Part shown: in pieces, positions 1 through 9,852 of the stretch
Position numbering within the stretch: position 1 is the stretch's first letter
How the letters are laid out: every line of letters begins with the position of its first letter
Notes under the pieces: generated by a model
What the model was told of the DNA's origin: nothing
What the model saw: only the letters and a program-made list of their open reading frames with translations
Databases searched by the model: none
Assembly (NCBI RefSeq): GCF_000025945.1
Contig: NC_006138.1
Location: 1,680,001 to 1,712,000 of the forward strand
DNA: 32,000 nt
Origin: Desulfotalea psychrophila LSv54
Lineage (GTDB): Bacteria; Desulfobacterota; Desulfobulbia; Desulfobulbales; Desulfocapsaceae
Direction of reading: 5' to 3'
Translations under genes and position numbers: made by a program

Positions 1-410
1 TTTATACTGCCCTGCAACAAAAGACTGTTGATGGAATTGATATTGATTTGAACCTTGCGTGGCATAATAACTTCCCAGAAGTTAACAACCATTTGACTAT
101 CGTGAACAGCCTGTATAGTCCTCATCTCGTGATGATCTCTAAACGCTTTCTTGATAGCTTAAACCCTGAAAACAGAGAGATTATTCTCTCTAGCTTTCAA
201 GAGGCGAAGTTGTATGAGCGTAAGTTGATTCGTGATGGCGAAGCAGAAATTCTTGCTCAGCTTGAAGGGAAGGGCGTGACCGTAACTACTCTTTCTCCCG
301 AAGAACGTCAGCGTTGGGCAGAGAAGACTGCAGTTGTTTATGAGCAGTTTCAGGATCGCATTGGTAAAGACCTCATCGAACAGGCAAGAGCCACCATGGC
401 TGTAAAGTAG
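1..410 (+). CDS. dctP: TRAP transporter substrate-binding protein DctP, C-terminal part (5' end outside window)
   Basis: Frame is open from base 3; upstream of the annotated Met it reads YTALQQKTVDGIDIDLNLAWHNNF, a DctP-like C-terminal region, and it is followed by dctQ and dctM. Confidence 0.85.
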   Translation, partial: YTALQQKTVDGIDIDLNLAWHNNFPEVNNHLTIVNSLYSPHLVMISKRFLDSLNPENREIILSSFQEAKLYERKLIRDGEAEILAQLEGKGVTVTTLSPEERQRWAEKTAVVYEQFQDRIGKDLIEQARATMAVK

Positions 411-424
411 AGGTATTTGAAAAC

Positions 425-460
425 AAATAACCAAACAGATAGGTATTTGTTTGGTTATTT
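425..460 (+). promoter_or_regulatory. Intercistronic hairpin between dctP and dctQ
   Basis: Perfect inverted repeat AAATAACCAAACA (425-437) / TGTTTGGTTATTT (448-460) in the 71-bp gap; no clear U tract after it. Confidence 0.6.
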
Positions 461-481
461 TATAGAAGTGGAGATCTTTGT

Positions 482-988
482 ATGGGAATAATACCAAAAT
501 CCAAAATACCTAATATTGAAATGCTGATTTCTTCTGGTGCTCTGGTGGTAATGACAGTTATTACCGTTGTCCAGGTTTTCAATCGATATGTGTTGCAAAA
601 TTCACTTGATTGGTCGGAAGAACTTGCTCGTTATCTTTTTATTTGGGCAGTGTATGTTGGTTGTAGTTATGCTGTCTATAAAGATAGGCATCTTGAAGTA
701 ACGATTCTTCGAACAATTTGTAACGGGAAGTTCGCTCGATCCTTAACACTCCTTTCTCTCACTCTCAATCTATTATTTTGTATCTTTGTTACAGTCGTTG
801 GAATTAAGTTTGTTTTATTTCTTGCAAGCACAGGACAAAAGACCCCTGCTTTGGAAATTAGCGCTTACTGGGTATATCTTTCCATGCCTTTCGGTTTTGG
901 TATGATGGGCCTAAGAGTAATTGAGAGAATCTGGTGGATCATGACGGGTAAGATTGATCCTACAGCTGTAGACATAATCAAGGAGTAG
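482..988 (+). CDS. dctQ: TRAP transporter small permease subunit DctQ
   Basis: 168 aa, four hydrophobic segments, motif DWSEELARYLFIWAVYVGCSYAVYKDRHLEV typical of DctQ; located between dctP and dctM. Confidence 0.9.
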   Translation: MGIIPKSKIPNIEMLISSGALVVMTVITVVQVFNRYVLQNSLDWSEELARYLFIWAVYVGCSYAVYKDRHLEVTILRTICNGKFARSLTLLSLTLNLLFCIFVTVVGIKFVLFLASTGQKTPALEISAYWVYLSMPFGFGMMGLRVIERIWWIMTGKIDPTAVDIIKE

Positions 989-994
989 TTATCC

Positions 995-2275
995 ATGGAC
1001 TTCACTATAATATCTATCTTTGTTTCATTAGCAATATTTCTCCTTGCCAGCGTACCCATCGGCATTGCTATTGGTATGAGTGTCATTGTGGGCATGACCT
1101 TTGGCGATATGCTGCCCTATGAATTTTTGATTCAAAAGATGGTGACATCATTAGATGTGTTTCCTCTTATGGCGGTACCTTTTTTCATAATGGCAGGCGA
1201 AGTTATGCAAAAGGGAAGCATGGCGCAACGATTACTGAATGTGTCTCGCGCATTGGTAGGACATTTAACAGGTGGTATGGCTCATATCTCCATACTGACA
1301 AGCATGTTTTACGGTTCTCTTTCTGGATCAGCCCCTGCAACGGTTGCGGCCGTCGGTGGAATTATGATTCCGGCGATGGAAAAGGAGAATTATAGCAAAT
1401 CTTTTGCCACGGCCGTTAATACGGCGGCTGGCTGTTTGGGGGTTATTATTCCTCCAAGTGTGCCACTTATTATTTACGGTACAACAGCAGGTGTTTCTGT
1501 TGGTGATCTTTTTATTGCAGGCGTTATTCCGGGCTTGTTTATTGGTCTTGCCCTGATGCTCTGTAGCTATGTTTTAGCAAAAAAATATGGTTTTACAGGT
1601 TCTGCGCAGCAGGCAACTATTGGTGAGATTTTAACGGCGGTTTTAGCCTCTCTTCCCGCCCTGATGGTTCCTATTATTGTTTTGGGCGGAATTTATGGTG
1701 GTTTTACGACACCTACGGAAGCTGGTGTTATTGCGGTTGTTTACGCACTTGTTGTTGAAGGCCTTTTCCTGCGGACCTTAAGTGTGAGCAAAGTTGTGGA
1801 GGTTTTCAAATCTACGGCGCTGACAACAGCCTCTATTTTTCTTGTTGTTGCAACGGCGACAGCCCTTGGGCAAATTTTACTTTTTTATAACCTTCCTAAC
1901 CAATTAGTAGAAATATTGAGTAATATTTCAGACAATAGATATGTTCTTATTGCGATAATACTCTTGTTTTTGATTGTGATGGGAACCTTTATGGATGCCC
2001 TGGCGAATATTTTAATCCTTACGCCACTGTTATTACCTATTGTTAAGATGCTGGGCTTTGATCCGATACATTTTGGTATTATCATGATTGTTACCTCCTC
2101 GATGGGTTTTCTTACTCCACCTGTTGGAGTAAATCTCTTTGTTGGCTGTAGTATCTCTAAATTGTCAATTGAACGTCTCAGTGTTGCCGTTATGCCATTT
2201 CTTTTCACCATGGTTATTGCATTGCTTATTTTGACTTTTGTGCCACAAATAACCCTATGGCTTCCTAGTCTGTAG
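995..2275 (+). CDS. dctM: TRAP transporter large permease subunit DctM
   Basis: 426 aa polytopic protein with DctM motifs (PLMAVPFFIMAGEVM, GGIMIPAMEKENYSKSFATAVNTAAGCLGVIIPPSVPLIIYG, GFLTPPVGVNLFV). Confidence 0.95.
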   Translation: MDFTIISIFVSLAIFLLASVPIGIAIGMSVIVGMTFGDMLPYEFLIQKMVTSLDVFPLMAVPFFIMAGEVMQKGSMAQRLLNVSRALVGHLTGGMAHISILTSMFYGSLSGSAPATVAAVGGIMIPAMEKENYSKSFATAVNTAAGCLGVIIPPSVPLIIYGTTAGVSVGDLFIAGVIPGLFIGLALMLCSYVLAKKYGFTGSAQQATIGEILTAVLASLPALMVPIIVLGGIYGGFTTPTEAGVIAVVYALVVEGLFLRTLSVSKVVEVFKSTALTTASIFLVVATATALGQILLFYNLPNQLVEILSNISDNRYVLIAIILLFLIVMGTFMDALANILILTPLLLPIVKMLGFDPIHFGIIMIVTSSMGFLTPPVGVNLFVGCSISKLSIERLSVAVMPFLFTMVIALLILTFVPQITLWLPSL

Positions 2276-2311
2276 TTTTTGGAAAAGTAAATAGAGTGTA
2301 TAGGAGAGAGT

Positions 2312-3544
2312 GTGAAAATAACAGCAAGTGAAAAAGGCAAAGGTCGTATAGGCATTGTTGGTCATGTAGGTGTGGGCCACGTGCATAGTCATGCTGGTTT
2401 TATCCAAGACGATAGTGCTGGCTTTGCCGTGGCAGCTTGTCTGTTGCGTCATGCATTCCCTGTTTGTACCACAATAGTTTCTGTTGAATGTGACATTGAC
2501 ACGGGAACTATTGTGGTGATCACCGAGGGGGGAGGAACCGGTGTAGCAGGGGCCCGACGTGGTATTACCCCTCATGAGGCGACCTTGGCTCGTGCCGCAG
2601 TTGGCATGGATGCCATCTACAGTCAAGAGGTGGCCTTTCGGGCCTTTGGCAGAATATATGGTCAAGGCGTTTTGGAAGCTCCCGTTGCCCTACAGACAGC
2701 CGTATGCCTTGCCGTTGTTGATACCTTCATGAGGGCCTATCCTGAGACCTTGAAGGTTTGTGCCGAGGGGATGACAAACAAGGTGGGCAGATGCCTGGGC
2801 GCCGTGTTAGAAATCAACTCTGTACCCGTATCTGTGTTAGCCGTCATTAATGCTAGTGAGGGTGGCCTTGGCCCAGACGAAGACCTGGAGGGAAATATTA
2901 TGCTCGGTCACAAGGGGCAGCTTATGAAGCAACTTGGTCTTGATCTCTTGCCGACTATTATTATTGAAAGTAAGGCCTATGTGCCTGATATATGTGCGGG
3001 AGAGCGCGAGGGGCGCTTTCTGGTGAGAGCAAATAAGCAGGTGGATAACATGGCTGTTTATGATGCGCTTGCCAGAGCAACGGATCTGCTGAACCTCCCT
3101 GCATCTTGTTATGATGATGCCTACTTACGAGGATCACAGAGTTTAAAAGAGGCGACGGCAGAATTGGGCAAGAAGATTGCTGAGTTGGGCCAAAAACTTG
3201 CCGTTGCCGAAACATCCTGTGAAAAAGTTGCGATTGTTGGTGAGTTGGCAATCCTTGTTAGTCAGGACGCCGGTGGGGTGACCTTTATGTCATCCCATCT
3301 TCACGATGTGGTTGGTGGCGGCGGGATGATGCCGGGGAGTTCTGCCGTTCTGTCCCTTGCGGTTTCTGAATCCTATATAAAGAAGTGGAAAATACCATCA
3401 TGCACTGCCCATGATGTGGAGAGATATATTGAGATTATTGAAAAAGCGGTACATTTACTCTCTTTAGATTTAAGCAGGGCGGGGACCCAGGTTACTGAAC
3501 GCCGAAATTTTTGTGAGCATGATTTTCGCTCTCTGCTGGACTGA
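2312..3544 (+). CDS. Conserved-looking cytosolic protein of unknown function, likely co-transcribed with the TRAP genes
   Basis: 410-aa ORF with GTG start preceded by AGGAGAG, only 36 bp after dctM; Gly/His-rich N-terminus (GIVGHVGVGHVHSHAG) and an EGGGTGVAGARRG motif. Confidence 0.8.
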   Translation: MKITASEKGKGRIGIVGHVGVGHVHSHAGFIQDDSAGFAVAACLLRHAFPVCTTIVSVECDIDTGTIVVITEGGGTGVAGARRGITPHEATLARAAVGMDAIYSQEVAFRAFGRIYGQGVLEAPVALQTAVCLAVVDTFMRAYPETLKVCAEGMTNKVGRCLGAVLEINSVPVSVLAVINASEGGLGPDEDLEGNIMLGHKGQLMKQLGLDLLPTIIIESKAYVPDICAGEREGRFLVRANKQVDNMAVYDALARATDLLNLPASCYDDAYLRGSQSLKEATAELGKKIAELGQKLAVAETSCEKVAIVGELAILVSQDAGGVTFMSSHLHDVVGGGGMMPGSSAVLSLAVSESYIKKWKIPSCTAHDVERYIEIIEKAVHLLSLDLSRAGTQVTERRNFCEHDFRSLLD

Positions 3545-3593
3545 TTTTTTCCGTAATTAACCGTTAGCTATATGCGTTTGAGGGGCATTTATT

Positions 3594-4451
3594 GTGATGA
3601 CCTTTTTACGAAAATGGCCTCTTCAGGACACCTTATGTTTGCTTTGTAGTGTTCTAAAATCCAACTTCCCCCCCCAAACTTTATCTGCTATGCTCTCCCT
3701 TACACTTACCGCCTCTTTAATATATTTTTTCTCCGGCTTCATTCAGGGGCTTACCGGTTTTGGTAATGCCCTTATTGCAGTTCCCCTTCTCCTATTATAT
3801 ATGCCACTACAGCCCGCTGTTGTAACGACAGTTCTTATGAGTGTCGTCATGAATATACAGCTGGCCTTTAAATATAAAAAATATGTGGATTGGCAGATAA
3901 CAAGGCCACTTATTCTGGCCATGCCCCTTGGTGTTGCTTTGGGATCCTATTTTTTAGGATCTGTTAGCCCGGAAATACTGGAGCAACTGCTTGCGCTTTT
4001 TTTGCTGGCTTATGTGGTTTATAGTAGTAGCGGCAGGGGGAAGAGCTTTGAGCTTAAGTCGCCTATTTGGAAGTATTTGGTCGGGATTGGCGGGGGACTT
4101 ACCACCTCAATTTTTGCTGCAGCCGGTCCATTTCTTATTGTCTATCTCAATCTCATAGGATGTAAAAGAGATACCTTTAAGGGAATTCTGGCCATCTGTT
4201 TTGTGTTTGTAACCTCTGTGACAGCAATGTCTTATCTCTTCACAGGGCTTGTTACAACGACGGTTCTGTCTCTTGCCGCAGTCTGTTTACCTGTCCAGCT
4301 ATTTGGTGCCTGGGCCGGGGCAAGTTTGTCTAAATTTGTATCAGACAGATATTTTAAAGTCATTGTTATGCTTCTTTTGTGTGCCATGGGGCTCTCGATA
4401 TTTATCCGCATACACCTCTCCGCAATGAGCCAATTTCTTGGCTTGAGCTAG
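3594..4451 (+). CDS. TauE/SafE-family (sulfite exporter-like) membrane permease
   Basis: Polytopic protein with FFSGFIQGLTGFGNALIAVPLLLLYMPLQPAVVTTVLMSVV, characteristic of the TauE/SafE family. Confidence 0.85.
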   Translation: MMTFLRKWPLQDTLCLLCSVLKSNFPPQTLSAMLSLTLTASLIYFFSGFIQGLTGFGNALIAVPLLLLYMPLQPAVVTTVLMSVVMNIQLAFKYKKYVDWQITRPLILAMPLGVALGSYFLGSVSPEILEQLLALFLLAYVVYSSSGRGKSFELKSPIWKYLVGIGGGLTTSIFAAAGPFLIVYLNLIGCKRDTFKGILAICFVFVTSVTAMSYLFTGLVTTTVLSLAAVCLPVQLFGAWAGASLSKFVSDRYFKVIVMLLLCAMGLSIFIRIHLSAMSQFLGLS

Positions 4452-4526
4452 GGTTCCCTGGAATTGACTACATCCTCCCTTGACGATATCTGAGAGGGGA
4501 GAGGATTTTCCCTGCCTCAAAATACG

Positions 4527-4910
4527 CTATAGGGGCTGTCCGCATTTTGCGCAGCGCTCTTTGCCTGCCTCGTTGATGCAGCCGCAAAAAGAGCACTGTT
4601 TGCCTCTCTGCAGCCTATCCTCCTTCTCCTTCTTCTCTTCTTTATCTCTGTCGAATCTGTAGCCACAGTGTTTACATACCCTGGCCATTTCCAGGATGAG
4701 TTCGGCGCAATCAGGGCAGCGAATATCCTGCAAGGTGGACTCTTTTTTCCGGGGAGTTTTCTGGTTTATCTCTATAAGCTCTCTTCTGATGCGTAAAATC
4801 CAGAAGGGGATGAAGAGTGACATGATAAGGGCAATAAAGAAAAATATTGGGAGGAGAAAACTGGTTAATATTCCCAGAGATGCAATTCCCGGCCAGATAG
4901 TTTCATGCAT
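4527..4910 (-). CDS. Small membrane protein with two C-terminal zinc ribbons
   Basis: Likely start at internal Met (MHETIWPG...); N-terminal hydrophobic helices then CPDCAELI...CKHCGYRF and CSFCGCINEAGKERCAKCG. Confidence 0.7.
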   Translation of the reverse strand: MHETIWPGIASLGILTSFLLPIFFFIALIMSLFIPFWILRIRRELIEINQKTPRKKESTLQDIRCPDCAELILEMARVCKHCGYRFDRDKEEKKEKEDRLQRGKQCSFCGCINEAGKERCAKCGQPL

Positions 4911-5280
4911 GATCGGCCTCTTTTTTGAGTGTTTTTGTGTGGTAAGAATCAATATCGGTCACTAGCCTATCAGCTCAGTTCTGTCTTGCCAATAAAATAT
5001 TGGCTATCTTTACAAATAATCTTTGCAAGATGCTTGTGGTAAAATAGCCTTGGTCTCTCTCTTGATAAATTGCCTCTTTGGCTTTTGCGGTTGATATGAG
5101 CTGTGGTCTTGATTATCTCATTATGATTTCTGTTGTTGTATCCAGTATAATTAGTATTATGAAGGGATTGAAGAGAGACGTCTTGGCCTGTTTTTATGGG
5201 TTTTGATAGTGATGATTTTGAGTTGAATTTATTGTGAAGTTATTAGGCTCAATAGTTGGCCTTTAAAAAAGAGGAAGGGT

Positions 5281-5829
5281 ATGCAGGAAATATATAAACT
5301 AGAAGTGGCAGGGCTTAGCCGTGAATTGCCTATTGTTCCCATAAGTGAAACGCTTGCCATTGCAAGTTTTGTTATTATGGGTGATACAGAGATGGTTTCT
5401 GCTGTATCCCCCGTGCTTGCTGAGAAGTTGCCGGAATTTGATATTCTTGTTACAGCAGAGGCTAAGGGCATCCCCCTTATCTGTGAGATGGCCAGAATCC
5501 TTGGCTTGGCCAGATACTGTGTGGCACGAAAAAGTGTAAAAGGCTATATGCTCGATCCTGTGATAGATGAGGTCCAGTCTATCACCACGGCTCATCGTCA
5601 AATTCTCTGTCTCGATGGCAAGGATGCGGCTGCCATAAAGGGGAAACGGGTTGTTTTGGTAGACGATGTTATTAGCACTGGCGGCTCTCTTGTCGCCTTG
5701 GAAAGCCTGGTAAATTCGGTTGGCGGAACCATTGTTGCCAAGGCTGCTATCCTGGCTGAGGGAGATGCCATTGGTCGAGAGGATATTATTTATCTTCAGG
5801 AGTTGCCTCTCTTTCCCATAGAGGGATAG
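5281..5829 (+). CDS. apt: Adenine phosphoribosyltransferase-like type I phosphoribosyltransferase
   Basis: PRPP-binding motif VVLVDDVISTGGSL, plus FDILVTAEAKGIPL and preceding APT-like architecture. Confidence 0.75.
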   Translation: MQEIYKLEVAGLSRELPIVPISETLAIASFVIMGDTEMVSAVSPVLAEKLPEFDILVTAEAKGIPLICEMARILGLARYCVARKSVKGYMLDPVIDEVQSITTAHRQILCLDGKDAAAIKGKRVVLVDDVISTGGSLVALESLVNSVGGTIVAKAAILAEGDAIGREDIIYLQELPLFPIEG

Positions 5830-5977
5830 GGCCTTAGAACAGAGTTTATTCTCATTAATGGGGCCTACGCTCTCCTCTGCATAGAGAATTATGTTGGCTG
5901 AGCTGAGCCTTTGAATTTGTATATTTGCCCCCTGTAGGTCTTGTCATGGGGGCATTCTATTTTCTAGGAGTTAGAAT

Positions 5978-6544
5978 ATGGCTAAAGAGATTTTGATCAT
6001 AGATATCGAAACTACCAATTTTCTTAAGGAAGGTGGGAGTATTGTTGAGGTAGGGATGGTTGCCCTTGATCTGGAGAGTGGGGTAACGAAAATTATTTTT
6101 GATTCTCTCTGCCGGGAAAAGATACTGACGGGAAGACATCGGGAGCCACCCTTTGGTTGGATCTTTAAAAATTCGGATCTGACTGTTGAAGAGGTCCGAG
6201 AGGCCCCGGATTTTGATTCTTTGCGGGCAGAGATCCAGTCGATTATTAATGCCTACCCTCTTGGCGCTACTGCCTATAATCGAAGCTTTGATTTTGATTT
6301 TCTCGAAAGCCGGAGCCTCTCTTTTCCGAAAAAACTTCCATGTCCCATGTTGCTCTGTACTGATATCTGTAAAATACCAAGTCCCTATCGTTATAAAGAT
6401 TATAAATGGCCTAAGGTAGAAGAGGCTTGGGATTATTTTTTTCCTGATCACCCTTATGACGAAAAGCACCGGGGGGCAGACGACGCCCTGCATGAGGCAA
6501 AGATTGTTTATGAGCTGTATAAACAGGGGCAATTTGTGGTGTAA
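5978..6544 (+). CDS. DnaQ/RNase T-like 3'-5' exonuclease
   Basis: DEDDh signature: ILIIDIETTNF (Exo I), ATAYNRSFDFDFL (Exo II), HRGADDALHEAKIVYEL (Exo III). Confidence 0.85.
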   Translation: MAKEILIIDIETTNFLKEGGSIVEVGMVALDLESGVTKIIFDSLCREKILTGRHREPPFGWIFKNSDLTVEEVREAPDFDSLRAEIQSIINAYPLGATAYNRSFDFDFLESRSLSFPKKLPCPMLLCTDICKIPSPYRYKDYKWPKVEEAWDYFFPDHPYDEKHRGADDALHEAKIVYELYKQGQFVV

Positions 6545-6769
6545 GAAAAATATCGTCGTGGTTTCTCTGCTTGTGGATATTCTGAATATGCAGGAAAGAG
6601 AATTGGCTGAGGGCAGGGCGGTTACCCTTGTTCATCCACTGGCCCATAGGCTGTGATTTGTCACCAATTTTCCCTACTCTTTCAGCTGACTGGAAAAAAT
6701 ATAATATGTTTACTGTCTTGCTGAGATTAAAAAATTAATTTTTTTCAGTTAGCAATAAAGGATCTTACT

Positions 6770-9562
6770 GTGGGCGTTATTATAAGGGCTTATATTTGCC
6801 GGAGCATGATTCTTTTTTTACTTTTACTCGCCTTCTTGCCTGCTTATGCCAGCGAGGAGGAGGTGGAGACTGTCAGAGTTGGTATCTTTCCCTTTAGCCC
6901 CTTCAATTTTGTCGATGATTCGGGGGTTGTTCAGGGACTCAATATAGACCTGCTTCAGGAAATTGTTAAGGGTGAAAAATGGGAAATTGAATTTGTTCAT
7001 CTGAGTTGGGGCGAGGGGCTTGAACGCCTGGAGAAGGAGGATATTGATCTGATGCTCTCCGTTGCCCGTTCAGAAGAACGGGCTAAGGTCATGGATTACT
7101 CCTCTGAATCGGTTGCTGAATTCTGGGGACAGGTTTTTTTGCGAGCAGATGGTAAAGAAAAAAATATTAAGGATTTAGCAGGTAAACGCATTGCTGTTGT
7201 CCGTCGTGATATTAGTGGTTTTAATTTTATTAAGATTGCTGCAGAGCTGGATATTCACTGTGAAATTGTTGAATTTGCTACCCAGGATGAGGTCTTTAAT
7301 GCTGTCCATCAGGGGATAGTTGTGGCAGGGATTGCTCCCCAAAGCTTTAGTCTGAGATATGTTAAAGAGTATGATTTGGTTGGAAGTAGCATTCAGTTCA
7401 GCCCTTTTTCTGTTTATTTTGCCACCAAAAAGGGCAGACATCGTGAGCTCTTGGCCCAGATTGATGCCCATCTCTCTGTCTGGAAGAAGGATAGGGACTC
7501 TTTCTATTATAAGAGCATGGGCAGGTGGTTGAATAGGTATGAATCTCACCCACGGATTCCAAGTTGGTTAGTCTATACTGTCCTGCTTGCCGCAGGTCTT
7601 GTCTTTTTCTTTGTCGGTGCGGCCTTACTTCTGAAAAAGACTGTCAGAAGCAGGACAAGGGAACTGGCAGAGAGTGAGGCGAGTCTGCTGGAGGCCCAGG
7701 ATATTGCCCGCATAGGAAAGTGGGAATTGGATTTAGTCACCAATCACCTCTCTTGGTCGGATAGTGTTTATGCTATGTATGGCCTTAGCCGTGGGGCTTT
7801 TACTGCCTCCAATGTAGCTCTTTTTCAATTTGTTCATCCAGATGACCATAGTCGGGTTAAACGGTCCTATCGGCAATCTGTGCAAGACGGGGAGCCTTTT
7901 TCCGCTGAATATCGATTGCTCTTGACTGGTGGTCTTATCAAGTGGGTCAGTGGCCTTGGTCGGGTTGAGTATGACGGTGAGGGTTTGCCCGCTCGTTTTG
8001 TCGGAACAGTACAGGATATCACTGCGCGTAAAAAAACAGAAAATGAGCTGGTAAAAAGTAGGATAAAATATCACACCCTTGTCCATACAGCCATGGATGC
8101 CTTCTGTGTGTCGGATAAACAGGGAGCTCTTTTGGAGGTGAATGAGGCCTATTGCCGAATGTGTGGCTATAGTGCCGAGGAACTGTTGTCTATGACGGCC
8201 TATGATCTTATAGCCAGAAAGCCTGAACAGACAGCTGCTCGCCTTTCTAAAGTCATTGCCCTTGGCGAGGATCGGTTTGAGTCCGAACATTGTCACAAAG
8301 ATGGAGGTGCTTTTCATGTTGAGATAGGCATCCAATATCGCCCCGGAGAAGATGCTGTCTTCGTGGCATTTTTGCGTGATATTACCGCTGCCAAGCAGGC
8401 AAAAGAGGAGAGAGAATATCTGCAGGAGCAACTGGTCCAGGCCCAAAAGATGGAGGCAATAGGTACCCTTGCAGGAGGAATTGCTCATGATTTCAACAAT
8501 GTTCTTGCTGCAATTTTAGGTTACGCGGAGCTTGCTAAACTGAATGCTCCATTGAGCTCTACCCATGAGCTTGAGCAGATCATTAAGGCCAGCAATCGTG
8601 CCAAGGTTTTGGTGAGGCAGATACTTGATTTTAGTAGGCAGGCAGATATTGAGAAGATCTCTCTTATGCCCGGACCTCGGATCAAGGAGGCACTTAAGAT
8701 GCTCCGCTCATCCCTGCCAAGTACTATTCTTATAGAGCAGAATATTGATATGGATTCCGGGCCAATTCTTGGTGATCCGACTCAACTGCATCAACTTTTA
8801 ATGAATCTCTGCACCAACTCTTTTCATGCTATGGAGGAGAGGGGGGGGGTGATTTCTGTCTCTTTAAGGAAAAAGACGTTGAGTAAAGCTGATATTGGCA
8901 ATATTGCCAATGTTCATCCAGGGCCCTTTGTCCAGTTGGATATTAGGGATGGTGGTTCGGGTATTTCCTTGGCAATACAGGAGAAAATATTTAATCCCTA
9001 TTTCACAACCAAGGATGTGGGCAAGGGTACCGGAATGGGGCTTTCCATTGTTCATGGTATTGTTAAGAACTCTGGTGGCTTTATTACCTGTGAGAGTAAG
9101 GTAGGGGAGGGAACTCTCTTTTCTGTTAACCTTCCCTGTGTGGAGGGCACCTTGGTGGAGAGTAAATTGACTGAGGCACCTTCACTCGGTCATGAGCGTA
9201 TTCTCTTTGTTGACGATGAAAGAATGTTGGCTGAAATAGGCAAGGCTATGCTTGAGCGCTTTGGCTATAAGGTAAGATTGGAGACCAGTGGCATTGAGGC
9301 TCTGGCCACATTCAAGAGGGAGCCCGATGCCTTTGATCTTGTTATTACCGATCAGACCATGCTTGGTATGACTGGTCTGGAGATGAGCCAGAGGATGCGA
9401 CAGATTCGTCCGGATCTGCCTATTATTCTCTGCACAGGATATAGTAGTATGCTCATCGAGGAGAAGGTTAAGTCACTGGGTCTTGCCGGTCTTGCCCTTA
9501 AGCCCCTCACCAAAGAGGTGCTTACTGCCCTCATCCGGCAGGGACTGGATCATAAACAGTGA
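6770..9562 (+). CDS. Hybrid sensor histidine kinase: signal peptide/TM, periplasmic SBP_bac_3 sensor, two PAS domains, HisKA, HATPase_c, C-terminal receiver
   Basis: SBP_bac_3-like VRVGIFPFSPFNFVDDSGVVQGLNIDLL; TM LVYTVLLAAGLVFFFVGAALLL; PAS blocks; HisKA H-box GGIAHDFNNVLAAILGYAEL; N/G boxes LMNLCTNSFHAM, GKGTGMGLSIVHGI; receiver ILFVDDERML...DLVITDQTMLGMTGLEM. Confidence 0.93.
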   Translation: MGVIIRAYICRSMILFLLLLAFLPAYASEEEVETVRVGIFPFSPFNFVDDSGVVQGLNIDLLQEIVKGEKWEIEFVHLSWGEGLERLEKEDIDLMLSVARSEERAKVMDYSSESVAEFWGQVFLRADGKEKNIKDLAGKRIAVVRRDISGFNFIKIAAELDIHCEIVEFATQDEVFNAVHQGIVVAGIAPQSFSLRYVKEYDLVGSSIQFSPFSVYFATKKGRHRELLAQIDAHLSVWKKDRDSFYYKSMGRWLNRYESHPRIPSWLVYTVLLAAGLVFFFVGAALLLKKTVRSRTRELAESEASLLEAQDIARIGKWELDLVTNHLSWSDSVYAMYGLSRGAFTASNVALFQFVHPDDHSRVKRSYRQSVQDGEPFSAEYRLLLTGGLIKWVSGLGRVEYDGEGLPARFVGTVQDITARKKTENELVKSRIKYHTLVHTAMDAFCVSDKQGALLEVNEAYCRMCGYSAEELLSMTAYDLIARKPEQTAARLSKVIALGEDRFESEHCHKDGGAFHVEIGIQYRPGEDAVFVAFLRDITAAKQAKEEREYLQEQLVQAQKMEAIGTLAGGIAHDFNNVLAAILGYAELAKLNAPLSSTHELEQIIKASNRAKVLVRQILDFSRQADIEKISLMPGPRIKEALKMLRSSLPSTILIEQNIDMDSGPILGDPTQLHQLLMNLCTNSFHAMEERGGVISVSLRKKTLSKADIGNIANVHPGPFVQLDIRDGGSGISLAIQEKIFNPYFTTKDVGKGTGMGLSIVHGIVKNSGGFITCESKVGEGTLFSVNLPCVEGTLVESKLTEAPSLGHERILFVDDERMLAEIGKAMLERFGYKVRLETSGIEALATFKREPDAFDLVITDQTMLGMTGLEMSQRMRQIRPDLPIILCTGYSSMLIEEKVKSLGLAGLALKPLTKEVLTALIRQGLDHKQ

Positions 9563-9780
9563 TCTCCCGGAGGCTTGGCGATTTGCCCTGATCCTGATCT
9601 GCTGTATTGCCGAGGCTAGCCCCACACATTGCCTGTGCCAATTTCATCTCTGCGGGAATGGCTCATGGTACTTCTGAAATCTCCTTGGGCGAGCGTCCCG
9701 CTTGCATCACTCTTGCCTGTGCCCATCCTACGGTAGCTTCAAATTATGTTCTCTTTTGCAGTTTGCGCTTTTTCTCGTAT

Positions 9781-9852
9781 CCGCCATTCCGCTACGCTTC
9801 ACTGCCGCCATTCCGCTACGCTTCACTGCCGCCATTCCGCTACGCTTCACTG
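9781..9852 (+). repeat. Perfect 24-bp tandem repeat, 3 copies (CCGCCATTCCGCTACGCTTCACTG)
   Basis: Direct reading: copies at 9781-9804, 9805-9828 and 9829-9852. Confidence 0.95.

Noticed and set aside
1885-2355. Minus-strand 156-aa ORF within dctM
   Set aside because: Antisense to a strongly supported dctM; no domain-like features.
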